A DNA stretch of 64,000 bases from Bryobacterales bacterium (GCA_963422375.2 OY729428.2:2656001-2720000), one strand, 5' to 3'. Positions 38,591 through 49,727 are shown, counted from the stretch's first letter. A program made the numbers and translations. The notes: generated by a model from the letters alone, not told the origin.

Positions 38591-39693
38591 TTGCTAGTGT
38601 CCACAAGTCCTAGCGACTTAGTGCTTGATCCAACATCCAGTCATAGCACGAACTCCGTCAAAGGAGAACGCTAGGGACAACGTTGGATCACTATTGATTT
38701 CTCAGAAATTCCAGTTGCAATGTTCAAGCAGATAATTCTCATTTGGATCCACAAATGGTTTCTTGTTATTGACATTATATATAGGCAAATAGAAAAGGGA
38801 ATACAATCGAGAAGGCATGAATTTGATTCAAGTTATCGCAAGAAATTGGAAACCATAAGTGGAGATCTGTCATCAGGATTTTCTTACGAGATCGTCTCGT
38901 ATATATCCGCAGATCATCTCATCCATGATCGCGTGCAGAAAGCAACTTTTGTAGTGAACTAGCTAGTGATAAGGAGGGGAGTTGAGTGTATGAGTGCGCC
39001 GTCTACTGTTGAATCTCACTCGCTGTGGGTCTATGTCTCACGCAGTGCGGAGGAATGGGACAATATAGCTACATTGCTAGGAATAAGCAGGTGCGTCGCG
39101 CTTGCGGTCATCGCCGATGACCAAACAGCCAGGCTTACACGAATTGACAACGCCGCGCAAATTGCTGCTAGGGATAGATTCAGTGTACTGAGAGTAGTAG
39201 CATTTCTTTTTTTCGCCGAGGCGAAATGTGAGAGACTCGGTCGATTGGATATTCTTCTTGTTCAAGTCAATCGCACGATTAGCGAGTTCAAGAGTAATAC
39301 TGAAGACAGTGTGTTCATTATGGTGGGCGAGCCGAGTCTAAGAGTGGTGGAACTTCCGGACGAGAAATTCCGGATCACGGTTGAGCGATACAACATCTAC
39401 GACTCGAGTTCCGGTAATGGTCGTGTGGGAAGCAGTCTCTCCAATATTGACTGCTCGATGCTTGATACAGAGTATGATGCACAGTCCTTTCTTGCACATA
39501 GAAACCATTTCCCGGCCAAATCAAGAGACTCAAAGCGACACTCGGTGCGAGAATCAAACCTTCACAGTGGACGCAAATGGATTCGCTGACATCTGCACCA
39601 CTCGACCGACCCAAGAGCGGTCGAATTGCCGTGCACATTGTCACTAACTTTGGGGACGAACTGCTTGCTGTCCTTGATCTAGAGAACACTTAA
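38591..39693 (+). pseudogene. eroded C-terminal part of a type III R-M DNA methyltransferase (Mod)
   Basis: remnant motifs across stops and frameshifts: STSPSDLVLDPT...GER*GQRWITID, SAPSTVES, FIMVGEP, MLDTEYD..SF, DRPKSGRIAVHIVTNFGDE; visibly AT-rich. Confidence 0.8.
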
Positions 39694-39749
39694 AGTCTCA
39701 GATGACTAGAGTTTTCTTTAGTTGAATATTTCCAAGATAGATCGACTGT

Positions 39750-42596
39750 TTACTCTGCATATTCTACCCAGATGGGACTTGCCCAAGCCATATTGCCGTC
39801 GTCCTGAATGATCCTCGCGTAATAGTAGTGCTCACCGTGTTCGAAATCTTGGTCCGTGTAGGTCAGGGACAGCTCAGTCACGCCGGGGTACGCCAAGTAG
39901 ACGATCTCGTTGTTCTTGATGATGGCGATCTCCTTGATGCGATCCGTGCCGATCACGCCGACCTCCAGACGCGGAGGTCTGCTCGCGGCGAACTCCTCGC
40001 CCATCGCGTGGCCTTGGCACTGGAAGTCGACGATGATGTTGTCCGTGGCGGCGTAGGTACGACGTTCGTACAGAGAGTCCCAGATGGCGCCGTAGCTGCG
40101 CTCCGGCGTGTAGACCGCCGCGTAGGACATGTGCGTGGAGCGGTGGTCGGAGCTGGCAATGAACCCTAGCTTGTAGCCCTTCGCGAGCGCGTTCCAGACG
40201 AATCCCTTCTCTCGTACCGCTCCTGAAGTGATGTATCCGCCAACGAGAACCTGTTCCGCCACGGCCGACCGTGGAGCGCCGTAGTATTCGTACGAATCGC
40301 GATTGCCCTGGTAGATCTCTACCAGCCTCTCGACGTCCTCGTCGTTATAACGCCAGTCCGTGCCCATCTGCGTCGCCGTCGTATGCGGGATGCTGATCGC
40401 GCTGGGTCGAGAGGATCCGCCGAGCAACGCCTCCCACAGCCCGATCATGTCGCGCTCGTCCACAGCGTTCTCCCTCTCTCCCGGCTTGATCCGGACGAGG
40501 GGATTTCCTCGCGCTCTCGAGACGATATTGCGGTGCCCGTCCGGGTAGCCGACCGTGCGCTCGTAGTTCAGCATCGGGTAGAACACGCCGGGAATCTTGT
40601 AGAAGTCGACCGCCTTGTCTACTGTGCGCCAGATGTAGTCCGTCACGTCGTTCGTCTGCATCAGGTGCTCGGACGGTCCGAGGAAGTCCATCCGGGCGGC
40701 GTCGATCGCGTAGCGGTACATGTCGTATAGAGAGCCGTCCGACTGGCCGTCGAACGAGAGATCCGAATGGCGATGCAGGTCGCCCCACGCCAAGCGGAAC
40801 TTCCTGCCCGCGACTTCCATCTGGTACCGCTTCCAGAGCGGCGCCTCCAGAGGCGGAACGTCGTCGCCCACCGGCACCGGAGCAGGCAGGCCATCCGCCC
40901 CAACTAGGAGCTCGCGGTCCACCGCGGCAGCCGGCGCGAGGGCCATTTCGATTCGCCCGACTCGCACGTCGTACTGGTTGAAGCGCTCGTCCGCCCGCAG
41001 GTAGCCGCAGCCGTCGCCCGCGGTGGCGATCCAGAGATCCCCGTCCTTGCCGGTCGTCAGGCCTGGCCGCTGGTCGATGCGGCCGTCGGAGAATGTCAGC
41101 TTGACCGGGGCTGTCCAGCCTTCCCCGTCGAACATCGTCGCCATGAACATCCAGTAGGGCAGGATCGATCGCCCTTCGCGCGCGGGCCGGTTCGCCCGTC
41201 CGATCGCTCGCGTTCGGACCACCGCCCAGACTCTTCCCCTGCCGTCTACCTGCAGCTTCGGGAGCTCGGTGAAGACGCGGTAGGAGCTGTCGAGACCGAG
41301 CGTCATGCGGCTGCCGAGGAAGGGCCCCCGGGGTAACATCTGGTCCAGCGGGCGCGCCGGCTGCACCAAGCGGCCGCGCTCGAGCACCCGGACCTGCACC
41401 TGGCGCCGGAAGTACAGCCCGCTCTCGGCGCGCAGCAGCCCGTCGATCCCGTGCTGGTCCCCGCCCCAGCCCGGCCCTCCGTTGTCGAACGCCATCCACA
41501 GCCGGTCTCTGCGGTCGTAGGCGAGGCTAACGTGCGCTTCAAAGTCCTCGCTGGCGGTGATGCGCTCCAAGGGTCCCAGCTTTCCACGCGACCAGCGCCG
41601 GAGGAAGATGTCGTAGTTGCCGTGGCGATAGCTGTCCCAGGCGATCGCAACCTCGTCCCGCGAATTGATCGCGACCGAGGGCTCCCAGTCGCTGGCCGGG
41701 TGCTCGGTGATCTTCAGCGGCTGCGACCAGCGACCCTCCGCACGCCGCAGGAGAGAAATGTCGCTGCCACTCCCGCCGGGGGATTGCCATGCGAGGAATA
41801 CGGTCCCGTCGGACGCCGCCGCCATGCACGGGAAGATATCTGCCCCGGCAGTGCGAGTGAGCTGCTCGACCTCCCCCCAGTTCCCGTCCCGGTACGAGCG
41901 GGCGTAGAGGTCCAGCGCGCCACCGACGGTAGCCGACCACACCGCGAGGAGCGAATTCGGCACCGTCGAGACCAGCTCGACTTGGTGATAGTCTCCGGGC
42001 GAGGGCGTAACGTCCAAGGACTCTCCCCATCGGCCGTCGACTGCCTGCGAGCGGGCGCGAATCGTCTCGGCGCCGGCCTCCGACGCAATCCACGCCACCC
42101 AGACGCGGCCGTCGGGACCCGTCGCCATCGCAGGGTGGTCCTCGGCCGCCAGGCTCTCGTCCACCAAATCCGCCCGCGGGGACCTCTCCACCCTGATGCG
42201 TCCGTCGAGCAGGGACTCCGGCCGCTGGTAGCGCACCGCGCCGACGCGGAAGCCGGCCGCGCCCTGAGCCGTCCGCACCTGCACCGTCGCAGACTCGGGT
42301 CCGTCGAAATCCACCACGACGCCCTTCCAGCGCGCCTTGGGAAAGACCGCCTTCTCCTGCGGGAGGAGGTTGATGTTGCCGTCCCACTGGCTGCCGGCCT
42401 TCCACGATGTCCGGTCGTGGCTCTCATGCGCGCCGAAGTGGTACGGGCCCACGACGGCAACGGTTCCGCTGTCGGCATCGACCGTGCCGGACCAGTCGGA
42501 AGGCAGCGCGTCGTTGCCGCCGAATAGCACGCGGAAGCGATGCTGCGCGGGAAGGCTGGCCGCGACCAAGAGAGCGAGCGCGCAGAGACGAACCAT
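39750..42596 (-). CDS. large secreted protein: beta-propeller-like repeats plus C-terminal PHP-like (DUF3604/CehA-McbA-like) metallohydrolase
   Basis: signal peptide; repeated P...G.V.VAW units; WGDLHRHSD, SEH, IPHT, VEIYQG, GFIASSDH, YYYARIIQ...AWASPIW. Confidence 0.75.
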   Translation of the reverse strand: MVRLCALALLVAASLPAQHRFRVLFGGNDALPSDWSGTVDADSGTVAVVGPYHFGAHESHDRTSWKAGSQWDGNINLLPQEKAVFPKARWKGVVVDFDGPESATVQVRTAQGAAGFRVGAVRYQRPESLLDGRIRVERSPRADLVDESLAAEDHPAMATGPDGRVWVAWIASEAGAETIRARSQAVDGRWGESLDVTPSPGDYHQVELVSTVPNSLLAVWSATVGGALDLYARSYRDGNWGEVEQLTRTAGADIFPCMAAASDGTVFLAWQSPGGSGSDISLLRRAEGRWSQPLKITEHPASDWEPSVAINSRDEVAIAWDSYRHGNYDIFLRRWSRGKLGPLERITASEDFEAHVSLAYDRRDRLWMAFDNGGPGWGGDQHGIDGLLRAESGLYFRRQVQVRVLERGRLVQPARPLDQMLPRGPFLGSRMTLGLDSSYRVFTELPKLQVDGRGRVWAVVRTRAIGRANRPAREGRSILPYWMFMATMFDGEGWTAPVKLTFSDGRIDQRPGLTTGKDGDLWIATAGDGCGYLRADERFNQYDVRVGRIEMALAPAAAVDRELLVGADGLPAPVPVGDDVPPLEAPLWKRYQMEVAGRKFRLAWGDLHRHSDLSFDGQSDGSLYDMYRYAIDAARMDFLGPSEHLMQTNDVTDYIWRTVDKAVDFYKIPGVFYPMLNYERTVGYPDGHRNIVSRARGNPLVRIKPGERENAVDERDMIGLWEALLGGSSRPSAISIPHTTATQMGTDWRYNDEDVERLVEIYQGNRDSYEYYGAPRSAVAEQVLVGGYITSGAVREKGFVWNALAKGYKLGFIASSDHRSTHMSYAAVYTPERSYGAIWDSLYERRTYAATDNIIVDFQCQGHAMGEEFAASRPPRLEVGVIGTDRIKEIAIIKNNEIVYLAYPGVTELSLTYTDQDFEHGEHYYYARIIQDDGNMAWASPIWVEYAE

Positions 42597-42699
42597 CGCT
42601 CTCAATCATACGGCGCTACCGGACCCGCGGCCCGGAGCCCACTGCACCGGGATGCCGCCAGCGACGGTGTCCCGCAAGAGGCCCGTCCGCCCCGGTCGG

Positions 42700-43140
42700 A
42701 ACACGTACTTCAGGCCGCACTGGATCCTACGGGGCTCGTCCGCCCGGTTGTTTGTGCCCGTGGACGCCCGCAGCGTCATACCGGCAGGCTGGCCGAAGCG
42801 AGGCGAGTTCGTGAGGTTGAACGCCTCAAATCGAAACTGCGGCGTGTGCCTCTCGGACGGTATCCGGAATCGCTCGCCCAGCACGAAATCCACGCTTCGC
42901 ACGCCGGACCAGATCAAGACGTTCGGCCCGCTGTTGCCGAATGCGCCGGGCTCGCTGATCACGAACGCCGCCTGGTCGAACCAGTTGTCGATCCACGACT
43001 TGCTCGGCCCGCCAGCGCCGATTCGATTGCCCCGGTGGAGCGTGCCCGAATTCTGCAGGTCCCCGGGGAAGCTGACCTCGAACGGGAATTCGGCCCGCAG
43101 CGAGGCGATTCCACCCACCTGCCAGGCGCCGAGGTCGCGT
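42700..43140 (-). pseudogene. C-terminal fragment of a TonB-dependent receptor
   Basis: WQVGGI...WFDQAAF...GAFGNSGPNVL...QFRFEAFNLTNSPRFGQP...PRRIQCGLKYVF, with no stop after the terminal F and no N-terminal part. Confidence 0.75.
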
Positions 43141-43392
43141 CGCGCCGGGCCCCACGAAGCCTTGCACCGGCTGGCGGCCACTCCACTCTCGCTGGGCGCA
43201 AGAGCGCGCACGCTGCGAGGCGAGTTACCGGGCCAACAGGCTTGCCGACGCGGCCATGACTGCCTCGGGCAGGGTGACTGCGCATGATCGCCTCGCCAGG
43301 GAGACCGACGGCGCCGTGCGCCGAGATTCAGCTTCCGCTCCGCGCGGATCCGCCGGTCAAAGCGCGACTTCGCCCCGACAGAGTGCCGCCGA

Positions 43393-46300
43393 CTAGAACT
43401 CGAAGCGCAGCGCCAGCTGCACCTGGCGCGAACTGGTGCTGGTCGAGGTCACGCGACCCGCGCTGCCGATCCTCCCGCCGCTCCGCGTGAAGAGGGCGCG
43501 GCCGGACGGCACTTGGAAGTTCGGGTGATTCGTGACATTGAACGCCTCGGCCCGAAGCTTCACGCTGCGACGCTCGTCGGCCAGGATCGTCTTGTGCAGC
43601 GCGAGATCCCACTCGAACACACCGGGGCCGCGCAGCGTGCCGCGGCCTAGGTTGCCGAGATAGCCGGCTTCCGGCAGGCTGAACGCGCCGGGGTCGAAGT
43701 ACCGGGCGGGGCCGCCTAGCACGATATCCGCGGCCGTCCGGCCTGCCCCCACGTCAGGGCGCTGGCCGACGTCCCCGAAGCCGGGGCGCAGCCGGGCCCG
43801 GTCAAAGCCTACGCGCGGGGCGAAGGGCGTCCCGGCGAAGGCTTGGGCCAGGGTATGCATCTCCCAGCCTCCCAGCACCTTGCCGAGAGCGGAGTCGCCC
43901 CCGGTCCAGAGCGACCACGACAGGCTGGCGGCGAACACGTGATCCTGGTCGAAATCGGAGAGGCCCCGGTTGGCCCGGTAATTCCACACGGTGGGCACCT
44001 GGTCGCTCGCCACGAAGTCATTGAACGTGTGGTTCGACGCCTCGTCGATCGAGCGGCTCCACGTGTACTTGCCCCGAGCGGAGAATCGCCCGCCGAAGCG
44101 CGTGTGGGCGCTCAGCGTCAGCCCGTGATAGAAGGAGTTGAACTGCGAGCGGCGCAGCCCGATCCGCGAGAACGCGGGGTTGACGTACGGGCTGCCCTGC
44201 GGGAAGTGCAGGCGGCCGTCACTCTGCACCTCCGGAATCGGCGAGTTGACGCTGATGAGCTGGCCCATCAGGTGGATGCCGCGGGCCCCGCTGTAACCCG
44301 CCCGGATCATCGTGCCCCGCGACAGCTGGCGCTCGAGATTGACCTGCCAGCGCGCCACGTAGGGCTGGTTGAGGTCGTAGTCCAGCCCGTCCATCGACTT
44401 GGAGGGGTTCCTGCCCGCCGCGGCTTGGAGGATGTCAGGGAAGCGCGGACGGCCGAACACCAGGATGCGGTTGAAGAGCGGCGGCGTCCGCACACCCGCG
44501 ATGGTGAGTTCGCGGCTCCCGAGCAGGTCGAAGAAGATACCGCCCCCGGCCCGGACCACCGTGCGGGAGTCGCCGACCGGATCCCAAGCCAGCGAGACGC
44601 GCGGCGCGAAGTTGTCGGCCGAGGGATTCTTCCACAGCGGCCCTCCCAAGGTGGTCTGGGCGTCGTTCACGAAGTCCCTGAGCACCGCGATCTTGCCGTT
44701 GACCTCGGTCGGCGTCGAATTCGCCTCGTATCGCGCTCCGAGGCTCAGCGCGAGCCGCTCGCCGGCCCGGAACTCGTGCTGGACGTAGGCCGCGTACTGG
44801 TTGTAGCGCCAGCCGCGCACGGTGTCGGAGCCCGGCTGCATGACCTCGGCGATGCGCGGCCGGGCCCGCAGCAGCAGGGCGAGCGAGTCGAACGTGTAGG
44901 AGCCGACCGCGCTCAGGTCCGAGCGTTGGTTGAACCGGATCCGGTCGTAGCCGCCGCCCAGGCGCAGGGTCGAGCGGCCCGACGCGCGCACGAGCGACGC
45001 CCCCAGCTGGTAGCTCTCCAAGATGAACCGGCGCGGTCGCGCCCGCGCCTGGAAGCCGCCCATGTTCCCAAGGCCGTTGACCGTGATCGAGCCCATCGGC
45101 ATGCCGTCGACGAAGGAAAGGCCGGGCGGCACCGAAGTGGTGCTGTTCTCGAAGTTGTCAACGCGGCTGAAAGCCGCCCGCCAGGTCGATAGCGTGTTCG
45201 CCGAATGCACGCGCCGCAGCTGCGTGTGGGCGAAGTGGTCGCTCGAATCGAGGCCGAACACCCAGAGATCCATCGGGTCCGGCGCGCGGCTGGCCGCGTC
45301 GTCGAACGTGTAGCGGGCCGCCCATTGGGTCTTCGGGCCGAGGATCAGATCGATCTTGCCCGACACGTAGGTCTCGTCCGTCCGGTCGGCGAGCTGCCGG
45401 ATGGACGCGGCCGTCCCGTCGCCGAAGTCGCGGCCGTTCGGCAGTGGATACAGTTCCAGATAGGGTCGGACCTCCGTCGCGACGGCGATCTCGGCGTCCG
45501 GCAGGCGGCCGAGCCTCGCTTCCGGGGTGGGCACGGCGGGCCGGGCGGTCCGCGCTCGCCTCTCGCGCAGGGCCTCGTAGTTGGCGAGGAAGAACGCCTT
45601 GCCGCTGGCGGCCGGCCCGCCGACCAGCGCGCCGAAATGGTTGCGCCGCAGGGGCGGGGCCCCGGCGGCGGGCGAGTCGAAATAGTTGCGGGCGTCCAGC
45701 GCGCTGTTGCGCAGATACTCGTAGAGGCTGCCGTGCAGCCGCGACCCGCCGGAGCGGGACACGGCGGTGAACACGCCCCCTGCCGTGCGCCCGTACTCTG
45801 CGCTGTAGGGGTTCGTCACCAGATGGACCTCGCGCACCATCTCGAGTCCCAGGACGTTGCCGGCCGCGCTGGCGGGGGACGCGGAGGCTGCGTCGTTCAC
45901 GTAGACGCCGTCCAGCTGGAAGCTGTTCTGGTTGGGTCGGGCGCCGAGCACGGAAATCTGCCTCCCGATGCCCTGCGCCAGGCCCGTGCGGGCGGACGCC
46001 GGCAGCGTCGCGCCGGGCTCGAGCGCGGACAGCTCGTAGAGGTCGCGGCCGTTCAGGGGAAGGTCGCGCAGGCTGCTTTCGGGCACCAGCCCGCCCCAGT
46101 CGGAGGCGCTTGTCGACACCAGCGGCAGCTCCGCCACGATCTCGATCGCCTCGCTGCCCTCGCCGATCCGGAGCTGCACGTCGAAGGAGGCGACGCGCCC
46201 GCTGTGCAGCTCGATGCCGCTGGCCGAGACGGGACGGAAACCCGGGTGCGCGATGTCCACGGAGTACGCGCCGGGCCGGAGATCCGCGACGACAAAGCGC

Positions 46301-46506
46301 CCCTCGCCGTTCGTGACGGAGCTGCGAGCCGCTCCCGTACCCACATGGGCCAACCGGACCTCGACTCCCGCGACCACCCGCCCCTGCGGGTCCGTCACGG
46401 TCCCCCCGAGCGTCGCGTCGCTCTGCGCCGGGAGGGGAGCCGCCAGAGCCAAGGCCGCGAATACCGCGGCCCGGGCGGCCCCGGACATGGCGGGTCGATT
46501 GCGCAT
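43393..46506 (-). CDS. TonB-dependent receptor with N-terminal carboxypeptidase regulatory-like domain
   Basis: GTVTDPQG, LPLNGRD, YSAEYGR, YEYLRNSALDARNYF, NFAPRVSLAWD, terminal QLALRFEF. Confidence 0.93.
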   Translation of the reverse strand: MRNRPAMSGAARAAVFAALALAAPLPAQSDATLGGTVTDPQGRVVAGVEVRLAHVGTGAARSSVTNGEGRFVVADLRPGAYSVDIAHPGFRPVSASGIELHSGRVASFDVQLRIGEGSEAIEIVAELPLVSTSASDWGGLVPESSLRDLPLNGRDLYELSALEPGATLPASARTGLAQGIGRQISVLGARPNQNSFQLDGVYVNDAASASPASAAGNVLGLEMVREVHLVTNPYSAEYGRTAGGVFTAVSRSGGSRLHGSLYEYLRNSALDARNYFDSPAAGAPPLRRNHFGALVGGPAASGKAFFLANYEALRERRARTARPAVPTPEARLGRLPDAEIAVATEVRPYLELYPLPNGRDFGDGTAASIRQLADRTDETYVSGKIDLILGPKTQWAARYTFDDAASRAPDPMDLWVFGLDSSDHFAHTQLRRVHSANTLSTWRAAFSRVDNFENSTTSVPPGLSFVDGMPMGSITVNGLGNMGGFQARARPRRFILESYQLGASLVRASGRSTLRLGGGYDRIRFNQRSDLSAVGSYTFDSLALLLRARPRIAEVMQPGSDTVRGWRYNQYAAYVQHEFRAGERLALSLGARYEANSTPTEVNGKIAVLRDFVNDAQTTLGGPLWKNPSADNFAPRVSLAWDPVGDSRTVVRAGGGIFFDLLGSRELTIAGVRTPPLFNRILVFGRPRFPDILQAAAGRNPSKSMDGLDYDLNQPYVARWQVNLERQLSRGTMIRAGYSGARGIHLMGQLISVNSPIPEVQSDGRLHFPQGSPYVNPAFSRIGLRRSQFNSFYHGLTLSAHTRFGGRFSARGKYTWSRSIDEASNHTFNDFVASDQVPTVWNYRANRGLSDFDQDHVFAASLSWSLWTGGDSALGKVLGGWEMHTLAQAFAGTPFAPRVGFDRARLRPGFGDVGQRPDVGAGRTAADIVLGGPARYFDPGAFSLPEAGYLGNLGRGTLRGPGVFEWDLALHKTILADERRSVKLRAEAFNVTNHPNFQVPSGRALFTRSGGRIGSAGRVTSTSTSSRQVQLALRFEF

Positions 46507-46514
46507 CCTCTCGC

Positions 46515-47024
46515 CTACTCGACTCGCCGCATGATCCACTCGCGTTCGTCACCGTCCGCGGAGTGGCGGTCGCGGAAGACCAGCGTGTCGCCGACCACCT
46601 CGTACTCGCCGACGAACGTACGCCCCTCGTAGTACGCGGACAGGGCGGCGATGTTGGTCCGCACGATCCTGCCGCCCGCGGCCTCGTATTGATAGAAGCC
46701 GGCCCCGACGGGTTGCTGGCTGCGGACCTGCTCGGGGGTCATGTCGCTGAATGACATGTCCAGCCGCGGACGGCCCTCGCCGGCCAGGATGACCATCTGG
46801 TAGGACGGTCCGAACATGTGGTACTCCCTCCGGTTCGGCTGGTCCACCCCTTCGGTCAGGTTGCGCACCGACGTGACCTCCCAGAGCCCTTCCAACTCAT
46901 GGCGCTTGGGCGCATCGGACGGCCAGATCAGCCACACGCAGGCCGAGACCAGCACTAGGCACACGCCGCACAAGGTGCCGGACGCGAACCCGGAGCCAAG
47001 CAATCGATTGAGAATTCGCCGCAC
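46515..47024 (-). CDS. hypothetical membrane-anchored lipocalin-like protein
   Basis: N-terminal TM segment then LEGLWEVTS and a beta-rich domain ending WIMRRVE. Confidence 0.6.
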   Translation of the reverse strand: MRRILNRLLGSGFASGTLCGVCLVLVSACVWLIWPSDAPKRHELEGLWEVTSVRNLTEGVDQPNRREYHMFGPSYQMVILAGEGRPRLDMSFSDMTPEQVRSQQPVGAGFYQYEAAGGRIVRTNIAALSAYYEGRTFVGEYEVVGDTLVFRDRHSADGDEREWIMRRVE

Positions 47025-47114
47025 CTAGACAGCCCCTCATCTACTATCGCACCCGCGCGGCGGGCCTTCGAGCCTGCCCGCGCACTATAATCGGATGGAT
47101 TCGATACGCCGCCG

Positions 47115-49727
47115 GTGGCCGCCCGCTCGCCCAAGACCCCCGTCATGCAGCAGTATCACGCTGCGAAGGACGAGCATCCAGACTGCCTGCTGTTCTTCCG
47201 CCTCGGCGATTTTTTCGAGCTGTTCTACGACGACGCCGTCACGGCCGCCCGCGACCTGGACATCACCCTGACCAAGCGCGGGGGCGGCAGGTCCGAGCCA
47301 ATTCCCATGTGCGGCGTGCCGGCGCATGCCGCCGAGGGCTACTTGGCGAAGCTGCTGGAGAAGGGCCATCGCGTGGCCATCTGCGACCAAGTCGAGGACG
47401 CCAAGTCCGCTCGCAGCCTGGTCAAGCGCGAGATCGTGCGGGTCCTCTCACCGGGGACCACCAGCCACCTGCAGCACCTCGAGGCCGGCCAGAACAACTA
47501 CCTAGCCGCCGTCCACGCGAAGGGCGCCTCGGCAGGCCTGGCGTACGTGGACGTGTCGACCGGGGAGTTTCGCGCGACCGAGGTCGCGATGGCCGAGGTC
47601 ACCGACATGCTGCAGGCGCTGAGAGTGTCCGAAGTCCTGCGGTCCGCCTCGACGGCGCGGCTGGACTTCGCGGATCCCGACGAGTCGGGCCAGGCGCAGC
47701 CGGACTACACCGTCACGGCCGTCGAAGGTTGGGTCTTCGATCCCGAGTACGCCGAGCAGCTGCTTCTGTCCGCGTTCGGCCTGCACCACCTCGATGGGCT
47801 GGGCTTCCCCCCCGGGGGGCCCTGCATCCCGGCGGCGGGCGCGATCGTCCACTACCTCAAGGAGACGCAGCGCAGGGCGCTGCCCCATCTGGACCGGCCG
47901 GCGTTCTTCCAGCAGAAGGACTGGATGGTGCTGGATCCGGTGACGATCCGCCATCTCGAGTTATTCGACCCCATGTACCAAGAGACGCGCAACACGCTGC
48001 TGTTCGCGCTCGACAGGACGGCGACGCCGATGGGCGCGCGGCTCCAGAGGAACTGGCTGCTGCGCCCCAGCCTCGACCTGTCCGAGATCGAGCAGCGCCT
48101 CGAGGCCGTGGCCAGCCTGTGCGCCGACACCATCGCCCGCAGCGAGCTGCAGCGCGAGCTCGAGCAGCTGTTCGACATCGAGCGGCTCCTAGCGCGGATC
48201 ACGCTCGGCTCGGCCGGTCCGCGGGAAGTGGGGAATCTCGGCGTCTCCCTCGCTAGGGTGCCGACTCTCAAGGAGCTCGCCGGCAGGCTGCGGTCCCGGC
48301 GCATACAAGCCGTGCTGGCGCAGATGGACGGCCTCGAGGACGTCCGCGACCGCATCGAGGCGACCGTCGCGGACGAGCCGCCGGCGACGGTCGGCGACGG
48401 CGGCGCCATCGCCGAGGGCTTCAGCCACGACCTAGACGAACTGCGGGAAGTGCAGCGCGACAGCCGCACCGTCATCGCCCGGCTCGAGCGCCGCGAGCGG
48501 CAGACAACCGGCATCGACTCGTTGAAGGTGCGGTTCAACAATGTCTTCGGCTTTTTCATCGAGGTTTCCAAGTCCAACCTGTCGAAGGTGCCCGAGCGCT
48601 ACGACCGCAGGCAGACGCTGGTGAACGCCGAGCGCTTCTCTACCCCCGAGCTCAAGGAGCTCGAGGCGAAGGTGCTGGACGCAGAGGAGCGGATCGCGAA
48701 GCTGGAGGCCGCGATATTCGAGCAGCTGCGGCTGGAGATCGCCGGCCAGGCCCGTCGGATCCGCGGAACCGCGAAGGCCGTAGCCGAGATCGACGTGCTG
48801 CGCGGGCTGGCCCTGGTCGCCGTGGAGCACGACTACGCCCGGCCGGGATTCTCCGACGACGGCTCGCTCCTGATCGAGGGCGGGCGGCACGCCGTGGTCG
48901 AGCGCATGCTCGAGCGGGACCAAGGCGAGCGCTTCATCGAGAACGACGTCTACCTCGACAGCCGCGACCACCTGCTGGCCGTCATCACAGGGCCCAACAT
49001 GGGCGGCAAGTCGACCTACCTGCGCCAGACCGCCCTGATCTCCGTCATGGCCCAGAGCGGCTCCTTCGTCCCCGCAAGGAAGGCCGTCCTGCCGCTGGTC
49101 GACCGCATCTTCACGCGGATCGGAGCCAGCGACAACCTGGCGATGGGGCGCTCGACGTTCATGGTCGAGATGACGGAGACCGCCCAGATCCTCAACACGG
49201 CGACCGACCGCAGCCTGATCCTGCTTGACGAGATCGGGCGGGGCACGTCGACCTACGACGGCTTGGCGATCGCCTGGGCCGTGGCCGAGCACATCATCGC
49301 GAAGGTCCGCGCCAAGACCCTCTTCGCGACCCACTACCACGAGCTGACCGCCCTTCCGACCGCGCACGCGGGCATCGTCAACCTGCACGTCTCCGCCAAG
49401 CAGTCGGGCGACAAGCTGGTCTTCCTGCGACGCGTCAAGGCCGGCAACGCCGACCGCAGCTACGGCATCGAGGTGGCCCGCATCGCGGGCCTGCCGCAGT
49501 CCGTCCTGGAGCGCGCCAGGGAAGTTCTCGAGCAGCACGAGAGGGGGGCGCCGGTCGCGCTGGCGGCCGCCCAGCCGGCGGCGACGGACAGGCAGCCGTC
49601 CATCTTCCGGGAGGTCCCGGAAGGCATCACGGCCGAACTGCTCAGCCTCGATCTCAACAGGCTGAGCCCGCTGGAAGCGCTCTCCCTTCTGCATGAATGG
49701 AAGGAGGCCCTCGACGGCGAACCCTGA
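47115..49727 (+). CDS. mutS: DNA mismatch repair protein MutS
   Basis: TPVMQQY, FRLGDFFELF, TGPNMGGKSTYLRQ, DEIGRGTST, FATHYHEL. Confidence 0.99.
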   Translation: MAARSPKTPVMQQYHAAKDEHPDCLLFFRLGDFFELFYDDAVTAARDLDITLTKRGGGRSEPIPMCGVPAHAAEGYLAKLLEKGHRVAICDQVEDAKSARSLVKREIVRVLSPGTTSHLQHLEAGQNNYLAAVHAKGASAGLAYVDVSTGEFRATEVAMAEVTDMLQALRVSEVLRSASTARLDFADPDESGQAQPDYTVTAVEGWVFDPEYAEQLLLSAFGLHHLDGLGFPPGGPCIPAAGAIVHYLKETQRRALPHLDRPAFFQQKDWMVLDPVTIRHLELFDPMYQETRNTLLFALDRTATPMGARLQRNWLLRPSLDLSEIEQRLEAVASLCADTIARSELQRELEQLFDIERLLARITLGSAGPREVGNLGVSLARVPTLKELAGRLRSRRIQAVLAQMDGLEDVRDRIEATVADEPPATVGDGGAIAEGFSHDLDELREVQRDSRTVIARLERRERQTTGIDSLKVRFNNVFGFFIEVSKSNLSKVPERYDRRQTLVNAERFSTPELKELEAKVLDAEERIAKLEAAIFEQLRLEIAGQARRIRGTAKAVAEIDVLRGLALVAVEHDYARPGFSDDGSLLIEGGRHAVVERMLERDQGERFIENDVYLDSRDHLLAVITGPNMGGKSTYLRQTALISVMAQSGSFVPARKAVLPLVDRIFTRIGASDNLAMGRSTFMVEMTETAQILNTATDRSLILLDEIGRGTSTYDGLAIAWAVAEHIIAKVRAKTLFATHYHELTALPTAHAGIVNLHVSAKQSGDKLVFLRRVKAGNADRSYGIEVARIAGLPQSVLERAREVLEQHERGAPVALAAAQPAATDRQPSIFREVPEGITAELLSLDLNRLSPLEALSLLHEWKEALDGEP

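Noticed and set aside
38720..39589. ORFs 38720-38962 and 38966-39589 as independent genes
   Set aside because: They are fragments of the eroded Mod pseudogene
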